Shown one piece after another: positions 18,545 to 29,035 of a DNA stretch of 64,000 nucleotides. The position numbers were made by a program, and so were the translations under genes. Below the pieces are notes generated by a model that was not told where the DNA came from, ran no database searches, and was given only the letters and a program-made list of their open reading frames with translations. How positions within the stretch are numbered: position 1 is the stretch's first letter; each line of letters opens with the position of its first letter. Source of the stretch: Hadesarchaea archaeon (GTDB taxonomy: Archaea > Hadarchaeota > Hadarchaeia > Hadarchaeales > WYZ-LMO6); the NCBI GenBank assembly GCA_029259185.1, contig JAPDJF010000003.1, positions 1 to 64,000 on the forward strand, written 5' to 3'.

Positions 18545-19288
18545 TCAAACACACATCTCTCTGTACTCGCAGCGCTCGCATCTACCTCTGTTAGTCGTCG
18601 GCTCTGCTTCTCTCTCCCCACGCCAATACTGGAGGGCCCAATCCAGCTCCGCTCTTGCACGTTCCCAATCTGGATCCCAAAGAAAAACGTTTTCCTTGCT
18701 CGTTTCTCCAACAATTAGCTTTGATATCTTTCTGAAATCCGGAACCAAGTCCGGAGGGATGAGGACGATAGCGTACCTCAAGGCAGAGGTATCTAACCCC
18801 AACTTTTTGAGGATGAGACAATAGACCCTAGCCTGAACGTGGTGGTAGTGTGTGGGAGTTTTTGTCCCTGTGAACTTGTACTCTACTACCCTCAGAGGTT
18901 TTCCTTCTTCGAAGACCACAGCGTCGGGTTTTCCGGTTACGAACACGTTTCGGAACTTCGAAAGGAGAAAAACTTCAGATGCCCAGGTCGGTTTCCCGAG
19001 CAAGGCGGAGCGAAGAATTTTTTCCGGAGGTTCGTAAGCCGCCCTTTCCACCAAACCTACGTGTCTGGTCGCACCGTCCATCATTTCTTTCGTCCTGATC
19101 CTCCCGATGGTGTACCGGAGTTCAACCTTTCGTTCGCAGTAGAATTGGGAAGCGATGTCTGAAACGGTTACCGAGGGCAACCCGAATCTCAATGTACCTC
19201 CCCTTCGACGGAGATCGGAGAGTTCGGTAAGCATTCGCAAATAACGGGTCACGGGATCTTGCTCTTCAGTTCCCTCGTGAGAAGACAT
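18545..19288 (-). CDS. Solo Cas4-like / PD-(D/E)XK exonuclease with Fe-S cysteines
   Basis: VSDIASQFYCE, G...H, G.PD, EYK, Q...Y, C-terminal C..C.Y...C; no CRISPR array in the window. Confidence 0.82.
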   Translation of the reverse strand: MSSHEGTEEQDPVTRYLRMLTELSDLRRRGGTLRFGLPSVTVSDIASQFYCERKVELRYTIGRIRTKEMMDGATRHVGLVERAAYEPPEKILRSALLGKPTWASEVFLLSKFRNVFVTGKPDAVVFEEGKPLRVVEYKFTGTKTPTHYHHVQARVYCLILKKLGLDTSALRYAIVLIPPDLVPDFRKISKLIVGETSKENVFLWDPDWERARAELDWALQYWRGEREAEPTTNRGRCERCEYREMCV

Positions 19289-19617
19289 GCACTCTATTAA
19301 TCCTCTCTCTTAATGAAAAAAGAATTTCGTGGAGGAACGACGAACTGGGAGTTGCTGGTCGGTCGTCCACACCGAGCGACTTCCTTCGGTTGCGGGTCGG
19401 ATTCCTAATCCGTAACTAGAAGGCATTTCTACGATTTCAGATAGATTGAAACAGAGCTTGGAGGAAATGATCTCGAGTAGAAGATGGGGGAATTGGAATC
19501 CCAGAAAAAGATAAAAGAAAAATCCTATGGAAGGAAAAAAATCTCAAGTGGTCAGAGTTCGGTCCAGTCTCTGGGTGGGTTTGGGGATGTTAATAAACAG
19601 TCTGGGTGGCGAGAACA

Positions 19618-20175
19618 ATGTCAGAAGCTCGGGATCGTCCTGAAGTCGTCGTCCTCCGGATAGGACATCGCCCGTTTCGGGATAAGCGAGTGACGACCCA
19701 TGTAGGATTGACGGCCAGAGCCTTTGGTGCCAGTGGTATCGTAATAGCGGATTTCAAAGATAAGGCGGTGGAGAGAAGCATCGAAAAAATTGTCAGAGTG
19801 TGGGGAGGAGACTTCTGGGTCAGGAGCGGAGATTCTTGGAGAGAGGTCGTGGAGGAGTGGAAAAAGAGGGGAAAAACGGTGGTTCACCTCACCATGTACG
19901 GAAAATCCTTACAGGGGGCTCTATCTGAGCTCAGGGGGAAGGATTTGATGGTGGTGGTGGGATCCGAGAAGGTACCAAGAGAGGTTTATGAGGTTGCAGA
20001 CTTCAACGTAGCGATTGGGAATCAACCTCACTCTGAAGTTGCGGCCCTTGCCGTATTTTTGGACAGACTCTTTGAGGGGAAGGAGCTTCATATGGAGTTC
20101 AAGGGGGGAAAAATGAGAGTCATACCAAGTGAGAGGGGGAAAAGAGTGGAGAAGATCAGGATTGGGGGAGCCTAG
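19618..20175 (+). CDS. trm56: tRNA (cytidine56-2'-O)-methyltransferase
   Basis: [41 protein letters not shown]. Confidence 0.95.
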   Translation: MSEARDRPEVVVLRIGHRPFRDKRVTTHVGLTARAFGASGIVIADFKDKAVERSIEKIVRVWGGDFWVRSGDSWREVVEEWKKRGKTVVHLTMYGKSLQGALSELRGKDLMVVVGSEKVPREVYEVADFNVAIGNQPHSEVAALAVFLDRLFEGKELHMEFKGGKMRVIPSERGKRVEKIRIGGA

Positions 20176-21175
20176 TGAGCTCAGTTTTCAGTTCGCTTAT
20201 CTCCTCCACAGGGGTAGGGTCGACCCCACGTAGGATCGCGAGGTAAAAGGACACGAAATCCCCGAAGTACACGAGCGACAGTATACGGGAAAGTCTTCCC
20301 TTCCCTTCTCCTCTAAGCTCTATCGCTTTCTTTTCACCCACCAACTTCCTAGTGAACTCTATCCTTACTTTCATTTTCTCACTCTCCTCTACATCCCTGA
20401 AAAATACGAAGGAGACATTCTTAGGAGCAGCTCCCAACCCCACTATCTCGTTGTGGCACAACTCTGGAAAGAACTCCACTTTGGCTTGTATCTTGCTGTT
20501 CTCGTTGAGCTGGGTTTTGAATCTTTTCGCAGCTCCGTAAAGAGGAGGGGGGGCGTAGATGAAAGGTATCGTGTCCTTTATTTTTTTCGCCACCACCACC
20601 GCTCGATTATTTTCGATCTCCGGGTCCATCTTCTCCCGCAATTCTCTCAGGGTTTTGATGCTCTCCCGTATCTCTTCATCCCTTCTCGAAACGATACCGC
20701 ATTCCTTCATGATGACTACGGTCGAGAAAAATAGGTAAGGTAAAGCCACTCTGGGAGGAAGACCGGGAGGGATCTTTATGAGGGGTTTACCAAACTTGTT
20801 ACATTCTTCCTCCAGCTTTCCCCCCGAGGTTATTCCTATCAAAGCAGCATCTCTCCTCATCGCATCCGAGAAGCAGCTCAGCGTTTCTTCCGTGTTGCCT
20901 GAATAACTGGTAGCGACCACGAGTGTCTCCCCATCGACCCAATTCGGTAGAAGGTATCCCTTGCACGTCTCCATCGGTATCGATGGATCGAGCCAGTCCC
21001 GGATGAGATCTCCCGCTATTCCGGATCCGCCCATTCCCGCTAGTACAACCCGGGAGATCTTCTGCTTGGGGGGTTCCACCCTGAAAGAAAGTGCCTCCTC
21101 ACACATCTCGGGAAATCGCATCAACTTTTCTATCATCCCCCACCTGTCGATTTCCTTGATGTGGCCCCTTTTCAT
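20156..21175 (-). CDS. Bifunctional phosphoglucose/phosphomannose isomerase
   Basis: [28 protein letters not shown]. Confidence 0.92.
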   Translation of the reverse strand: MKRGHIKEIDRWGMIEKLMRFPEMCEEALSFRVEPPKQKISRVVLAGMGGSGIAGDLIRDWLDPSIPMETCKGYLLPNWVDGETLVVATSYSGNTEETLSCFSDAMRRDAALIGITSGGKLEEECNKFGKPLIKIPPGLPPRVALPYLFFSTVVIMKECGIVSRRDEEIRESIKTLRELREKMDPEIENNRAVVVAKKIKDTIPFIYAPPPLYGAAKRFKTQLNENSKIQAKVEFFPELCHNEIVGLGAAPKNVSFVFFRDVEESEKMKVRIEFTRKLVGEKKAIELRGEGKGRLSRILSLVYFGDFVSFYLAILRGVDPTPVEEISELKTELTRLPQS

Positions 21176-21176
21176 C

Positions 21177-22145
21177 TCATCTCCATCCCCCTTTTACATT
21201 GAAAGCTCTGATGGTTCCATATAAACCGACATCTACGCCCAAGGGTGTGAGGATTATCGTTGGGGTCTTGTTGTAGGCGTGGGCTCTCACCCACTTCCGG
21301 ATGAAGGGTAGGATCAACTTTGAATTTCTTAGCGCAATGCTCCCTCCTACGGTCATCAATGATGGGTCGAAGATCTCTACCAGATCGGTAAACCCTATTC
21401 CGTTGAATTTCCCCAGCTCCCTTACCAGTTCGAGTGAGAGCCTATCCCCCCGTCTAGCACATTCGAAGAGAAGTTTGGCATCAAGTTTGGAGAGATTTTT
21501 GCCACCGAGCTCGAACAGCTTGCTTTTCGTTTCCCTACCCTCTCTGATCCTCCACTTCACGAACTTCGGTATCCCAGCTCCCGAACAGTACGCCTCCCAG
21601 TGTCCCTTTTTCCCACATCCACACCTCAGCGATCCGGTAGGGTCTACGGTGAGATGTCCTATCTCGACAGCGTTTCCATCTTTCCCTTCAAGTAGGTGCC
21701 CGTCGACATACGCTCCCCCACCTATCCCCGTTCCCATCCCCACATAAACTAGATCCTCTACTCTTCTTCCAGCCCCGAACTCCCGTTCTCCAATCGCAGC
21801 AACCGTGCAGTCGTTCATCAGTAAAACAGGGATCCCGAACTCTTCCTCCAAGGGTTTGACGATCGGAATCCGCTCGAATGGAAAATTAGGTGGATCCCTA
21901 AGCTCTCCTCTGTTGAGATCTAGGGGCCCCGCTGAAGCTACGCATATCCCATCCAACTTCTGATGTCTGATACCAGATCTTTCACATAAGCGAGCAATGA
22001 TTGAAATTATCTGGTTCGATGGGTCCTTGGGACTGTTCTTTTGTGTTCTTTCGTCGATCCTTTCTAAAAATTTTTTTCCGTCCGAAAGGGCAGCTCTTAA
22101 CCTCGTAGCTCCAAGATCTACCCCAACCACGAGCATCGCCACCAC
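21177..22145 (-). CDS. ROK family sugar kinase (glucokinase)
   Basis: GVDLGAT, GTGIGGG, EIGH, CGCGK.GHWEAY.SG. Confidence 0.92.
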   Translation of the reverse strand: MVAMLVVGVDLGATRLRAALSDGKKFLERIDERTQKNSPKDPSNQIISIIARLCERSGIRHQKLDGICVASAGPLDLNRGELRDPPNFPFERIPIVKPLEEEFGIPVLLMNDCTVAAIGEREFGAGRRVEDLVYVGMGTGIGGGAYVDGHLLEGKDGNAVEIGHLTVDPTGSLRCGCGKKGHWEAYCSGAGIPKFVKWRIREGRETKSKLFELGGKNLSKLDAKLLFECARRGDRLSLELVRELGKFNGIGFTDLVEIFDPSLMTVGGSIALRNSKLILPFIRKWVRAHAYNKTPTIILTPLGVDVGLYGTIRAFNVKGGWR

Positions 22146-22306
22146 CCGCTGGCACCCTACCCTATGCTGGGTTTTCCCCTTTATAAACGATCCCGACCAA
22201 AGGGGGGAACGGATTCCATTCCGTTAGCGATGGTCAATGATAACATCATTTTGTGGTGTTTACTCTTGGGTGTCTCTGGAAAGTTTAGTCGTCTGATCGG
22301 GTTTGT

Positions 22307-23017
22307 CTACAAGAAGCTATCCAGCCCCTTGGGCCTCGGTATCCCAGTCACGTATATTCCCTTTCTCGCGGGAAGGGAGACATTTACTACAAGGGTTCTC
22401 CCCATCATCACCTCGAGTTCGGAGGCTCTGTGTGCGTGGGCGTGAATCCAGAGATCCGGTTGTCTTCGCATGATGACCTCCTCCAGTTTTCTGTTCCCTA
22501 TTTCTGGCCATGCCTTCGGATTCTCCCCTTTGATGGTCGTATAGGTTGGAGCGTAGTGGGTCAACACGAGTTTAACATCCGAGTTCAGCTTCTTCAACGA
22601 TTCATCAATGATTTTTACCCTTTTCCGATACAGCTCTCGGATTCCCCGAATGTGGGTCCTTTGCCAAAAAGTTGGGCGGGCAAGGGATCCTTGGGAGCCA
22701 ACGATACCGATTCTGAGTCCTTCTACCTCCAAGGTGAGAGAATCATCATCGATCCAACAGATTTCCTTGAACTCCATGTACTTTTCTCGGTCTTGAAGAT
22801 ATTCCTCGTTTCCAAAACATGCGAGGATTTTTCCTCCGTAGACTTCCCTCACGGCACTGAAAACAGTCTGCAGTTGAGCACGGTCGTTTTTAAGAACAAT
22901 GTCTCCCGCGAACAGGAAGAGATCCACCTCGCCTACTCCCTTTAGAGCCTCCACAAACATCTCAAGGTACTTAGGTGAGTGAACATCCCCCACGGCTGCT
23001 ATTCTTATCGTCTTCAA
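22307..23017 (-). CDS. Metallophosphoesterase
   Basis: GDVH, AGD, GNEE, THY, HAHAH. Confidence 0.88.
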   Translation of the reverse strand: MKTIRIAAVGDVHSPKYLEMFVEALKGVGEVDLFLFAGDIVLKNDRAQLQTVFSAVREVYGGKILACFGNEEYLQDREKYMEFKEICWIDDDSLTLEVEGLRIGIVGSQGSLARPTFWQRTHIRGIRELYRKRVKIIDESLKKLNSDVKLVLTHYAPTYTTIKGENPKAWPEIGNRKLEEVIMRRQPDLWIHAHAHRASELEVMMGRTLVVNVSLPARKGIYVTGIPRPKGLDSFL

Positions 23018-23098
23018 GTTTCTCCAGAGACGGTCTCATTTATCGTTTTAAAAAATTAAAGACTGCGCGGTCGAACTCAAGCAGCTGGTTGGGATCCA

Positions 23099-23359
23099 TC
23101 ACTCCAAGTGGGTATCAAAAGCCGTTAGGGTAACCGTCTTGCGAACGTGTGGGAGTTTCCTTATCTCGATAATTGCTTTGTCTATATCCCCATAATTCCC
23201 CTCAAGAACGCATACCACATCATACTCCCCGTGAACGAAGTCCGCCTGGCTCACGTTCGGCATCTTCTGGATCTTGGGTATCACTGCTACTTCGTGCCCG
23301 GGCTCAACTTCCATCAGCACATAGGCCCGCTTTTTGAATGCTGCTAGCCCTTCTGCCAC
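23099..23359 (-). CDS. Lrp/AsnC ligand-binding (RAM) domain protein
   Basis: AYVLMEVEPG...V.GEYD......IRKL..V..T.T. Confidence 0.85.
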   Translation of the reverse strand: MAEGLAAFKKRAYVLMEVEPGHEVAVIPKIQKMPNVSQADFVHGEYDVVCVLEGNYGDIDKAIIEIRKLPHVRKTVTLTAFDTHLE

Positions 23360-23501
23360 TTTGTCACCACCCTAACTCACCCACGGGGTTTTTAAACCCT
23401 ATCGGTTTGGTTTGGCGTGTAATTAGAACGGACCCTCAATGTTTTTTTAACTTCCCGACCTTCTTTTCTTAATGTGTTGTGAGTTCGACAAAAGTTTGAA
23501 A

Positions 23502-26180
23502 GTGCCTAAAGAGTACGATCCACACACCGTTGAACCGAAGTGGCAGAAGAAATGGGAGGAAATGGGTATCTACCGGTTCAACCCCCAGGATCGGGAGAGG
23601 CCAACTTATGTTATAGACACACCCCCCCCATACCCGAGCGGTGAGTTTCACCTCGGAACAGCTTTGAATTGGACGTACATGGACATAGTGGCCCGATACA
23701 AGCGAATGCGGGGATATAACGTTTTGTTTCCCCAGGGGTGGGATTGTCATGGGTTGCCCACTGAAGTCCAAGTGGAGAGGAAATACGGTATCCGCAAGGG
23801 AGATCTCCCCCCCCAACGATTTCGTGAGCTGTGCGTGAAGCTGACGGAAGAAAACATAAAGCGGATGAAAGAAGAAATGCTTTCCTTAGGATTTTCGATC
23901 GATTGGACGACCGAGTACAAGACCATGGATCCGGAATACTTCTCAAAGACTCAGCTTTCATTCATTCGCTTGTATAGGGATGGACTGATCTATCGTGGAG
24001 AACATCCTGTGAACTGGTGCCCGAGGTGTGAGACTGCAATAGCGGATGCTGAGGTTGAGTACGAGGAGAGGGAGGGGAGATTGAACTACCTAAAGTTCAG
24101 GATCCAAGGGAAGGATGAACACCTCATAATCGCAACAACACGGCCAGAGTTCTTACCGGCATGTGTGGCCGTGGCCGTGCATCCAGCCGATCGAAGGTAC
24201 GAGAGGTACGTGGGAGAAAGAGTGGAGGTCCCCGCCTCCGGGCATGTGGTCGAGATTATAGCCGACCCCGAAGTCGACCCAGAATTCGGGACGGGGATAG
24301 TGATGATATGCACCTACGGGGATAAAACGGATGTACGCTGGGTGGCCAAACACAAGCTTCCTGTGATCAAACTCTTGGACGAGCGTGGAAGGATGACCGA
24401 GGTTGCTGGAAAGTATAAGGGTCTTGATATCGAGGGATGCAGGAGGGCCATACTCACGGATCTCAAGAGAGCGGGTTTGCTCGAAAGGGAAGAAAAGATA
24501 TCTCAAAGCGTGGGGGTCTGCTGGAGATGTAAGACACCAGTTGAGATCTTGACAAAAAAACAGTGGTTTATGAGGGTTCTGGATGTCAAAGAGAGGGTCA
24601 TAGAGGGGGCGAATCGTGTGAGGTGGGTCCCTGCACACATGAAACAGCGAATGATAAACTGGATCGAGTCCATGGATTGGGACTGGGTGATATCCAGACA
24701 GAGGGTATTCGCCACACCGATTCCCGTGTGGTATTGCAAGAGGTGTGGTGAGACCGTGGTTGCCGAGGAAGATCAGCTTCCGGTGGATCCGACCAAAAGC
24801 AGACCTAAGGTGGAGAAATGTCCGAAGTGTGGGGGGGAGGAATTCGAGGGGGAGCACGACGTGTTGGATACATGGATGGACAGTTCGATAACTGTAGCCG
24901 TCCATGCGGGCTGGCCAAACTTAAATCCTCGCCTCTTTCCGGCCGATCTCCAGCCGAACGGAACCGATATCATAAGGACATGGGACTATTACCTTTTAGT
25001 TCGACACTTAGCGCTTCTTAATGAGATCCCGTATCGAACTGTACTCATAAACGGAATGGTGTTCGGTGAGGATGGGCGCAAAATGTCGAAGTCTTTGGGC
25101 AACTTCATCGAGACGGCATCCGTTTATAAGAAATATGGGGCTGACGCTCTCCGACAGTGGAGCGCCCTCGGAGCCTCTACGGGCTCGGACGTACCCTTCT
25201 CTTGGAAAGAAATAATCTTTGGAAGGAGGTTTCTCCAGAAATTCTGGAACGCTGCGAGATTCGCGGGGCCACACATATCCAAAGCTGTGGAGCTCAGCCC
25301 CCGAAGATTGAGATTCAAACTATCTGATCGATGGATCCTGAGTAGGCTCAACCGAGTGATCGAGCGAGTGACGTCTTTCCTCGAAGAATTTCAGTTTAAT
25401 CGGGCACTCATCACTATCCAGTCCTTCGTATGGCATGAGTTCTGTGATCAGTACATCGAGGAAGTTAAGTACAGGATCTATGAGGGGGGAGAAGATTCGG
25501 ACGCAGCGAGGTATGCCCTGCGCGAGGTTATCTCGAAAGTATCCAAGTTGCTGGCACCATTCACACCCCACCTTTCGGAGGAGGTTTATCATACCTATCT
25601 CCGAGATGAGGGGTATCCAAGTGTGCATCTCGCACCTTGGCCTGAGCCTGACTTCGACATGATAGATGAAGAGGCGGAAAAAGCGGGTGAGGTACTGAAT
25701 GCAGTGCTGAGTTCAATTCGGCAGTTCAAATCATCTAAAGGGCTTCCCCTCAGTCACGAGCTTGGAGAACTCAGAATCTTCACACCTCACAAATGGGTAA
25801 CTGAAGTGCTTGAAGAAGCGAGGGACGACTTAGTCAATACGGGGCACGTGAAGAAACTTGTTGTGTCTACCGGTAGGCCAGAGCTAGAGGAGAGAGTGAT
25901 ATCGGTAGAACCCAACCTTTCGAAACTTGGACCGAAGCTACGCTCGCACGCTAAGCGTGTTATTGACTTTTTGAGGAAAACAGACGTCGGGGAGATCGTC
26001 AGACGCATCGAGAGGGGTCCCTTAACACTGGACGTCGAGGGCGCAAGGGTCGAAATAAGCCCTGAGGAGCTCGTCGTGAAGAAAGAAGTGGTATCCAAGA
26101 ACGGGGCCGCTGATGTCGTTCGGGTAACTGATCCTGAGATGACCCTTCTCGTTTGGGTAGGATCATCCTCTGACACTTGA
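23502..26180 (+). CDS. valS: Valine--tRNA ligase
   Basis: IDTPPPYPSG.FHLG, WDW.ISRQR, KMSKS; start codon uncertain (ORF open from 23472). Confidence 0.96.
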   Translation: MPKEYDPHTVEPKWQKKWEEMGIYRFNPQDRERPTYVIDTPPPYPSGEFHLGTALNWTYMDIVARYKRMRGYNVLFPQGWDCHGLPTEVQVERKYGIRKGDLPPQRFRELCVKLTEENIKRMKEEMLSLGFSIDWTTEYKTMDPEYFSKTQLSFIRLYRDGLIYRGEHPVNWCPRCETAIADAEVEYEEREGRLNYLKFRIQGKDEHLIIATTRPEFLPACVAVAVHPADRRYERYVGERVEVPASGHVVEIIADPEVDPEFGTGIVMICTYGDKTDVRWVAKHKLPVIKLLDERGRMTEVAGKYKGLDIEGCRRAILTDLKRAGLLEREEKISQSVGVCWRCKTPVEILTKKQWFMRVLDVKERVIEGANRVRWVPAHMKQRMINWIESMDWDWVISRQRVFATPIPVWYCKRCGETVVAEEDQLPVDPTKSRPKVEKCPKCGGEEFEGEHDVLDTWMDSSITVAVHAGWPNLNPRLFPADLQPNGTDIIRTWDYYLLVRHLALLNEIPYRTVLINGMVFGEDGRKMSKSLGNFIETASVYKKYGADALRQWSALGASTGSDVPFSWKEIIFGRRFLQKFWNAARFAGPHISKAVELSPRRLRFKLSDRWILSRLNRVIERVTSFLEEFQFNRALITIQSFVWHEFCDQYIEEVKYRIYEGGEDSDAARYALREVISKVSKLLAPFTPHLSEEVYHTYLRDEGYPSVHLAPWPEPDFDMIDEEAEKAGEVLNAVLSSIRQFKSSKGLPLSHELGELRIFTPHKWVTEVLEEARDDLVNTGHVKKLVVSTGRPELEERVISVEPNLSKLGPKLRSHAKRVIDFLRKTDVGEIVRRIERGPLTLDVEGARVEISPEELVVKKEVVSKNGAADVVRVTDPEMTLLVWVGSSSDT

Positions 26181-26354
26181 GAGGACGAATATCAACCCAA
26201 GGATTATTGTCATCAGGAAGAAAAATAGGATCCTAGCACGTCTAATCCTTCTTTGTTGGATCATGAACACTTCTTCGCAAGCCTCGGAGCAAAACAGTTT
26301 GTCCCTTTCTATAGCTTTTCCACACATCATACAGTGGCGGTGATCTTCGACCAC
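26163..26354 (-). CDS. DUF2116 family Zn-ribbon membrane protein
   Basis: HRHC..CG..I......CS..C followed by a TM helix; downstream of pyrH. Confidence 0.82.
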   Translation of the reverse strand: MVEDHRHCMMCGKAIERDKLFCSEACEEVFMIQQRRIRRARILFFFLMTIILGLIFVLSSVRG

Positions 26355-26358
26355 GCGT

Positions 26359-27060
26359 TCACCTCAGTATTTCGGTTCCCCTATGTTTTTTTCCACCCAG
26401 TATATCGGGAAATCTGGAGATTTCTTCCTTTCCCAACACCAATATCCGGATATTCAAACGCTCGAATAGCTTAACCGCTACCGGATCCAGCACCGTGTTC
26501 ATACCGGGAGTCACCTTGGGCCCCACGAGTTTGAGCAATTCTTGAGTGGTTATCCTGTCAAATTTTCTCGCACTCGGATCAGATTTGGGGTCTGCGCTGT
26601 AGATCCCATCTACATCCGTGAAGTAGACCAACAAGTCTGAGTTGCTCGCCCTCGCCGCCATGGCTGCGACCGCATCGGTCGTATGTCCGGGGACGGTTCC
26701 TCCCATCACCGGAACTTTCCCCTGAAGGAGGATTTGAATAGCCTCCCTGAAATTCAGCGGGGGTTCAGGATCAGAGAGATCCCCCAAAGCTAGGCTTAGC
26801 AACCTGGCGTTCACACGGGTGATGTCAATACCGAGTTTATGAAGGGAATTCTCAGAGATCCCGAAATTCCTGCCGACCTCTATGTATCTCCTAGCCGGTT
26901 TTCCTCCACCCACCACCACAAAGACATCGTGCTTTCTCGCTTTCAGTTCGCGGATCATGTTCACTGCAGACCTCACCCAGCTGAAGTCTGGCCAATCAGG
27001 TACCAGAACCGAACCACCGAAATTGATTGTAACTCTCACACATATCCCTATTAAGCCCAT
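26359..27060 (-). CDS. pyrH: UMP kinase
   Basis: GGSV, VVVGGG..AR.YI, GGT.PGHTTDAVAA, VDGIY..DP; exact start uncertain. Confidence 0.92.
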   Translation of the reverse strand: MGLIGICVRVTINFGGSVLVPDWPDFSWVRSAVNMIRELKARKHDVFVVVGGGKPARRYIEVGRNFGISENSLHKLGIDITRVNARLLSLALGDLSDPEPPLNFREAIQILLQGKVPVMGGTVPGHTTDAVAAMAARASNSDLLVYFTDVDGIYSADPKSDPSARKFDRITTQELLKLVGPKVTPGMNTVLDPVAVKLFERLNIRILVLGKEEISRFPDILGGKKHRGTEILR

Positions 27061-27081
27061 GACTAAAAATCGTTGGGAGCC

Positions 27082-28332
27082 ATGTCAACCAAAGCGATAT
27101 ATCAGTTCAAGCGGATGCTGGAGGAGCTTGAGCAGAAGAGGGGAAGGGGAACTGAACTCATCTCCGTGTACATCACCCCCGGATTCGATCTCAATAAGGT
27201 TGTCGCTCAGCTTCGCGAAGAGCAGGGGACGGCGGCGAACATCAAATCGAAAACCACACGTAAGAACGTGATATCAGCGCTGGAGCGGATAATCCAATTC
27301 TTGAGGGCATTCATAGAAGCGAGGCAGACGACTCCTCCGAACGGGATGGCGATCTTCTGTGGAAACGTAGCCGGGAGAGAGGACACGGCAGACATACAGC
27401 TGTATTGGGTAGAGCCACCTGAGCCCGTGCCGATCCGCCTCTATCGGTGCGACCAGCAATTCGTGACGGGGCCACTTCGAGAAATGCTTGAACCGAAAGA
27501 GGTAGTGGGCCTGATAACGATGGATGGAAAGGAGGCCACTATAGCCGTTCTTAAAGGAAAACACACGGAAGTGGTCGAACACCTAACTTCGGGGGTTTGG
27601 GGGAAACACTCCCGGGGAGGGCAATCTGCGAGGAGGTTCGAGCGTATAAGGGAATACGCGATGCACGAATACATGAAGCGGGTAGCGGAATCCGCCACGA
27701 GTGCTTTTAAACAAGTCCCCAATCTCTACTGCATAATAGTAGGGGGGCCCGGTCCCACCAAGGAGGAGTTTTTGAAGAAGGAACTCCTTCCCCCCGAACT
27801 CAAAAAGAAAGTAGCGGCGGTGGTGGATACCGGATATACGGACGAATACGGCGTGAAAGAACTCGTGAACAAATCGAGAGAGGTCTTGGAAAAGCTAGAG
27901 ATAATGAAGGAAAAAACGATCATGCAGCGCTTCATGACAGGACTCGTGTCACCTGAGGTGGCCGTAGCCTATGGTGAAGACGATGTAAGGAAAAAACTGG
28001 AGGCTGGGGCGGTGGATCTCCTCCTCATCTCGGAAGTGCTTCGCAAAACCAGAGTGAAACTGCGCTGTTTGAATTGTGGGAAGATATTCCAGGAATCCAC
28101 GAGGAATTTAGGATTTTACGAACAACAACTTCGGGATAAGTCATGCCCATTCTGTGGAGAGAACAAGCTTTCAATCATCGAGAGCAAAGACGTTGTCCAG
28201 GAGCTTATAGAGCTTGGGGAGAAGTTCAACTCCAAGATAGAATTCATCTCAACCGAAACCGAAGAGGGGAAGCAGCTCGCCGAGAGCTTCGGAGGGGTCG
28301 GAGCGATCCTCCGGTTTGAGGTCCACTACTAG
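27082..28332 (+). CDS. prf1: Peptide chain release factor aRF1
   Basis: GRGTELIS.Y, NIKS, YRCD, GGQS. Confidence 0.96.
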   Translation: MSTKAIYQFKRMLEELEQKRGRGTELISVYITPGFDLNKVVAQLREEQGTAANIKSKTTRKNVISALERIIQFLRAFIEARQTTPPNGMAIFCGNVAGREDTADIQLYWVEPPEPVPIRLYRCDQQFVTGPLREMLEPKEVVGLITMDGKEATIAVLKGKHTEVVEHLTSGVWGKHSRGGQSARRFERIREYAMHEYMKRVAESATSAFKQVPNLYCIIVGGPGPTKEEFLKKELLPPELKKKVAAVVDTGYTDEYGVKELVNKSREVLEKLEIMKEKTIMQRFMTGLVSPEVAVAYGEDDVRKKLEAGAVDLLLISEVLRKTRVKLRCLNCGKIFQESTRNLGFYEQQLRDKSCPFCGENKLSIIESKDVVQELIELGEKFNSKIEFISTETEEGKQLAESFGGVGAILRFEVHY

Positions 28333-28766
28333 CTCGTCTCCTTAAAAGTCTCTATTGCCACCAAAGTCTCGATTTCTCTCACAGAATCTGAGGAGTCCGT
28401 CAGATTTTCTAGGAACTTGTTGAGGCTGGCCATATCCCGGGCCCTTATTTTCAACATCAGTCCATGTTTGCCCGTTACCCTGTGAAGTTCATACACCCCC
28501 TTGTATCGGGATAGCATCCGAATGAAATCCTTCACGTACCTAGGGTCTACGTCCAGATTGGCAAAAGCCGTTAGCCCCAGCCCCAGTTTCTTGTGATCCA
28601 CTACCACCGTATACTTCTTTATCACCCTCAAGTTCTCTAAGCGTTTGATTCTCTTCCTCACCGCGGAAACGCTGAGTCCCACTTCTCTTCCGAGTTCCCG
28701 GAGCGTCCGTTTGGAATTTTCACCCAACAACCTCAACAGTTTGAGATCGATACTGTCAACTAACAT
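28329..28766 (-). CDS. Lrp/AsnC family transcriptional regulator
   Basis: D.ID.KLL..L..NS......L...VG.S...V..RIK.LE HTH plus RAM domain. Confidence 0.92.
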   Translation of the reverse strand: MLVDSIDLKLLRLLGENSKRTLRELGREVGLSVSAVRKRIKRLENLRVIKKYTVVVDHKKLGLGLTAFANLDVDPRYVKDFIRMLSRYKGVYELHRVTGKHGLMLKIRARDMASLNKFLENLTDSSDSVREIETLVAIETFKETS

Positions 28767-28847
28767 GGGTTTAATTCCTTTTCTGAAATTTCTTATTTAT
28801 TTTTTGTTTCCAGTTTTTGCTTTATCACAATTTCTGGAATATTTTAG

Positions 28848-29035
28848 AGCGGAATCGAGCGAGAAACCCCGCGCGCTTTAGCCGTGGGGTGAATGCGTGC
28901 CGAGGGCCGATTCCGCAATAGCTAACGGCCCGAGCGAACGCCCGGAGACCAAGACCCCCGTAACCCCCCTTCCAAGGGGGATCGAGCCTGGTCGTCGAAG
29001 CATGAAGCCACCGCTTTAGCGGTGCGGTAGTTCAT
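28848..29035 (+). mobile_element. IS200/IS605-derived palindromic MITE copy A (TAM TTTAG)
   Basis: Closely similar to 50424-50605 and to the reverse complement of 63360-63544; subterminal hairpins; ends GTAGTTCAT. Confidence 0.88.

Noticed and set aside
18222-19600. CRISPR array near the Cas4-like gene
   Set aside because: No regularly spaced direct repeats seen here or elsewhere in the window
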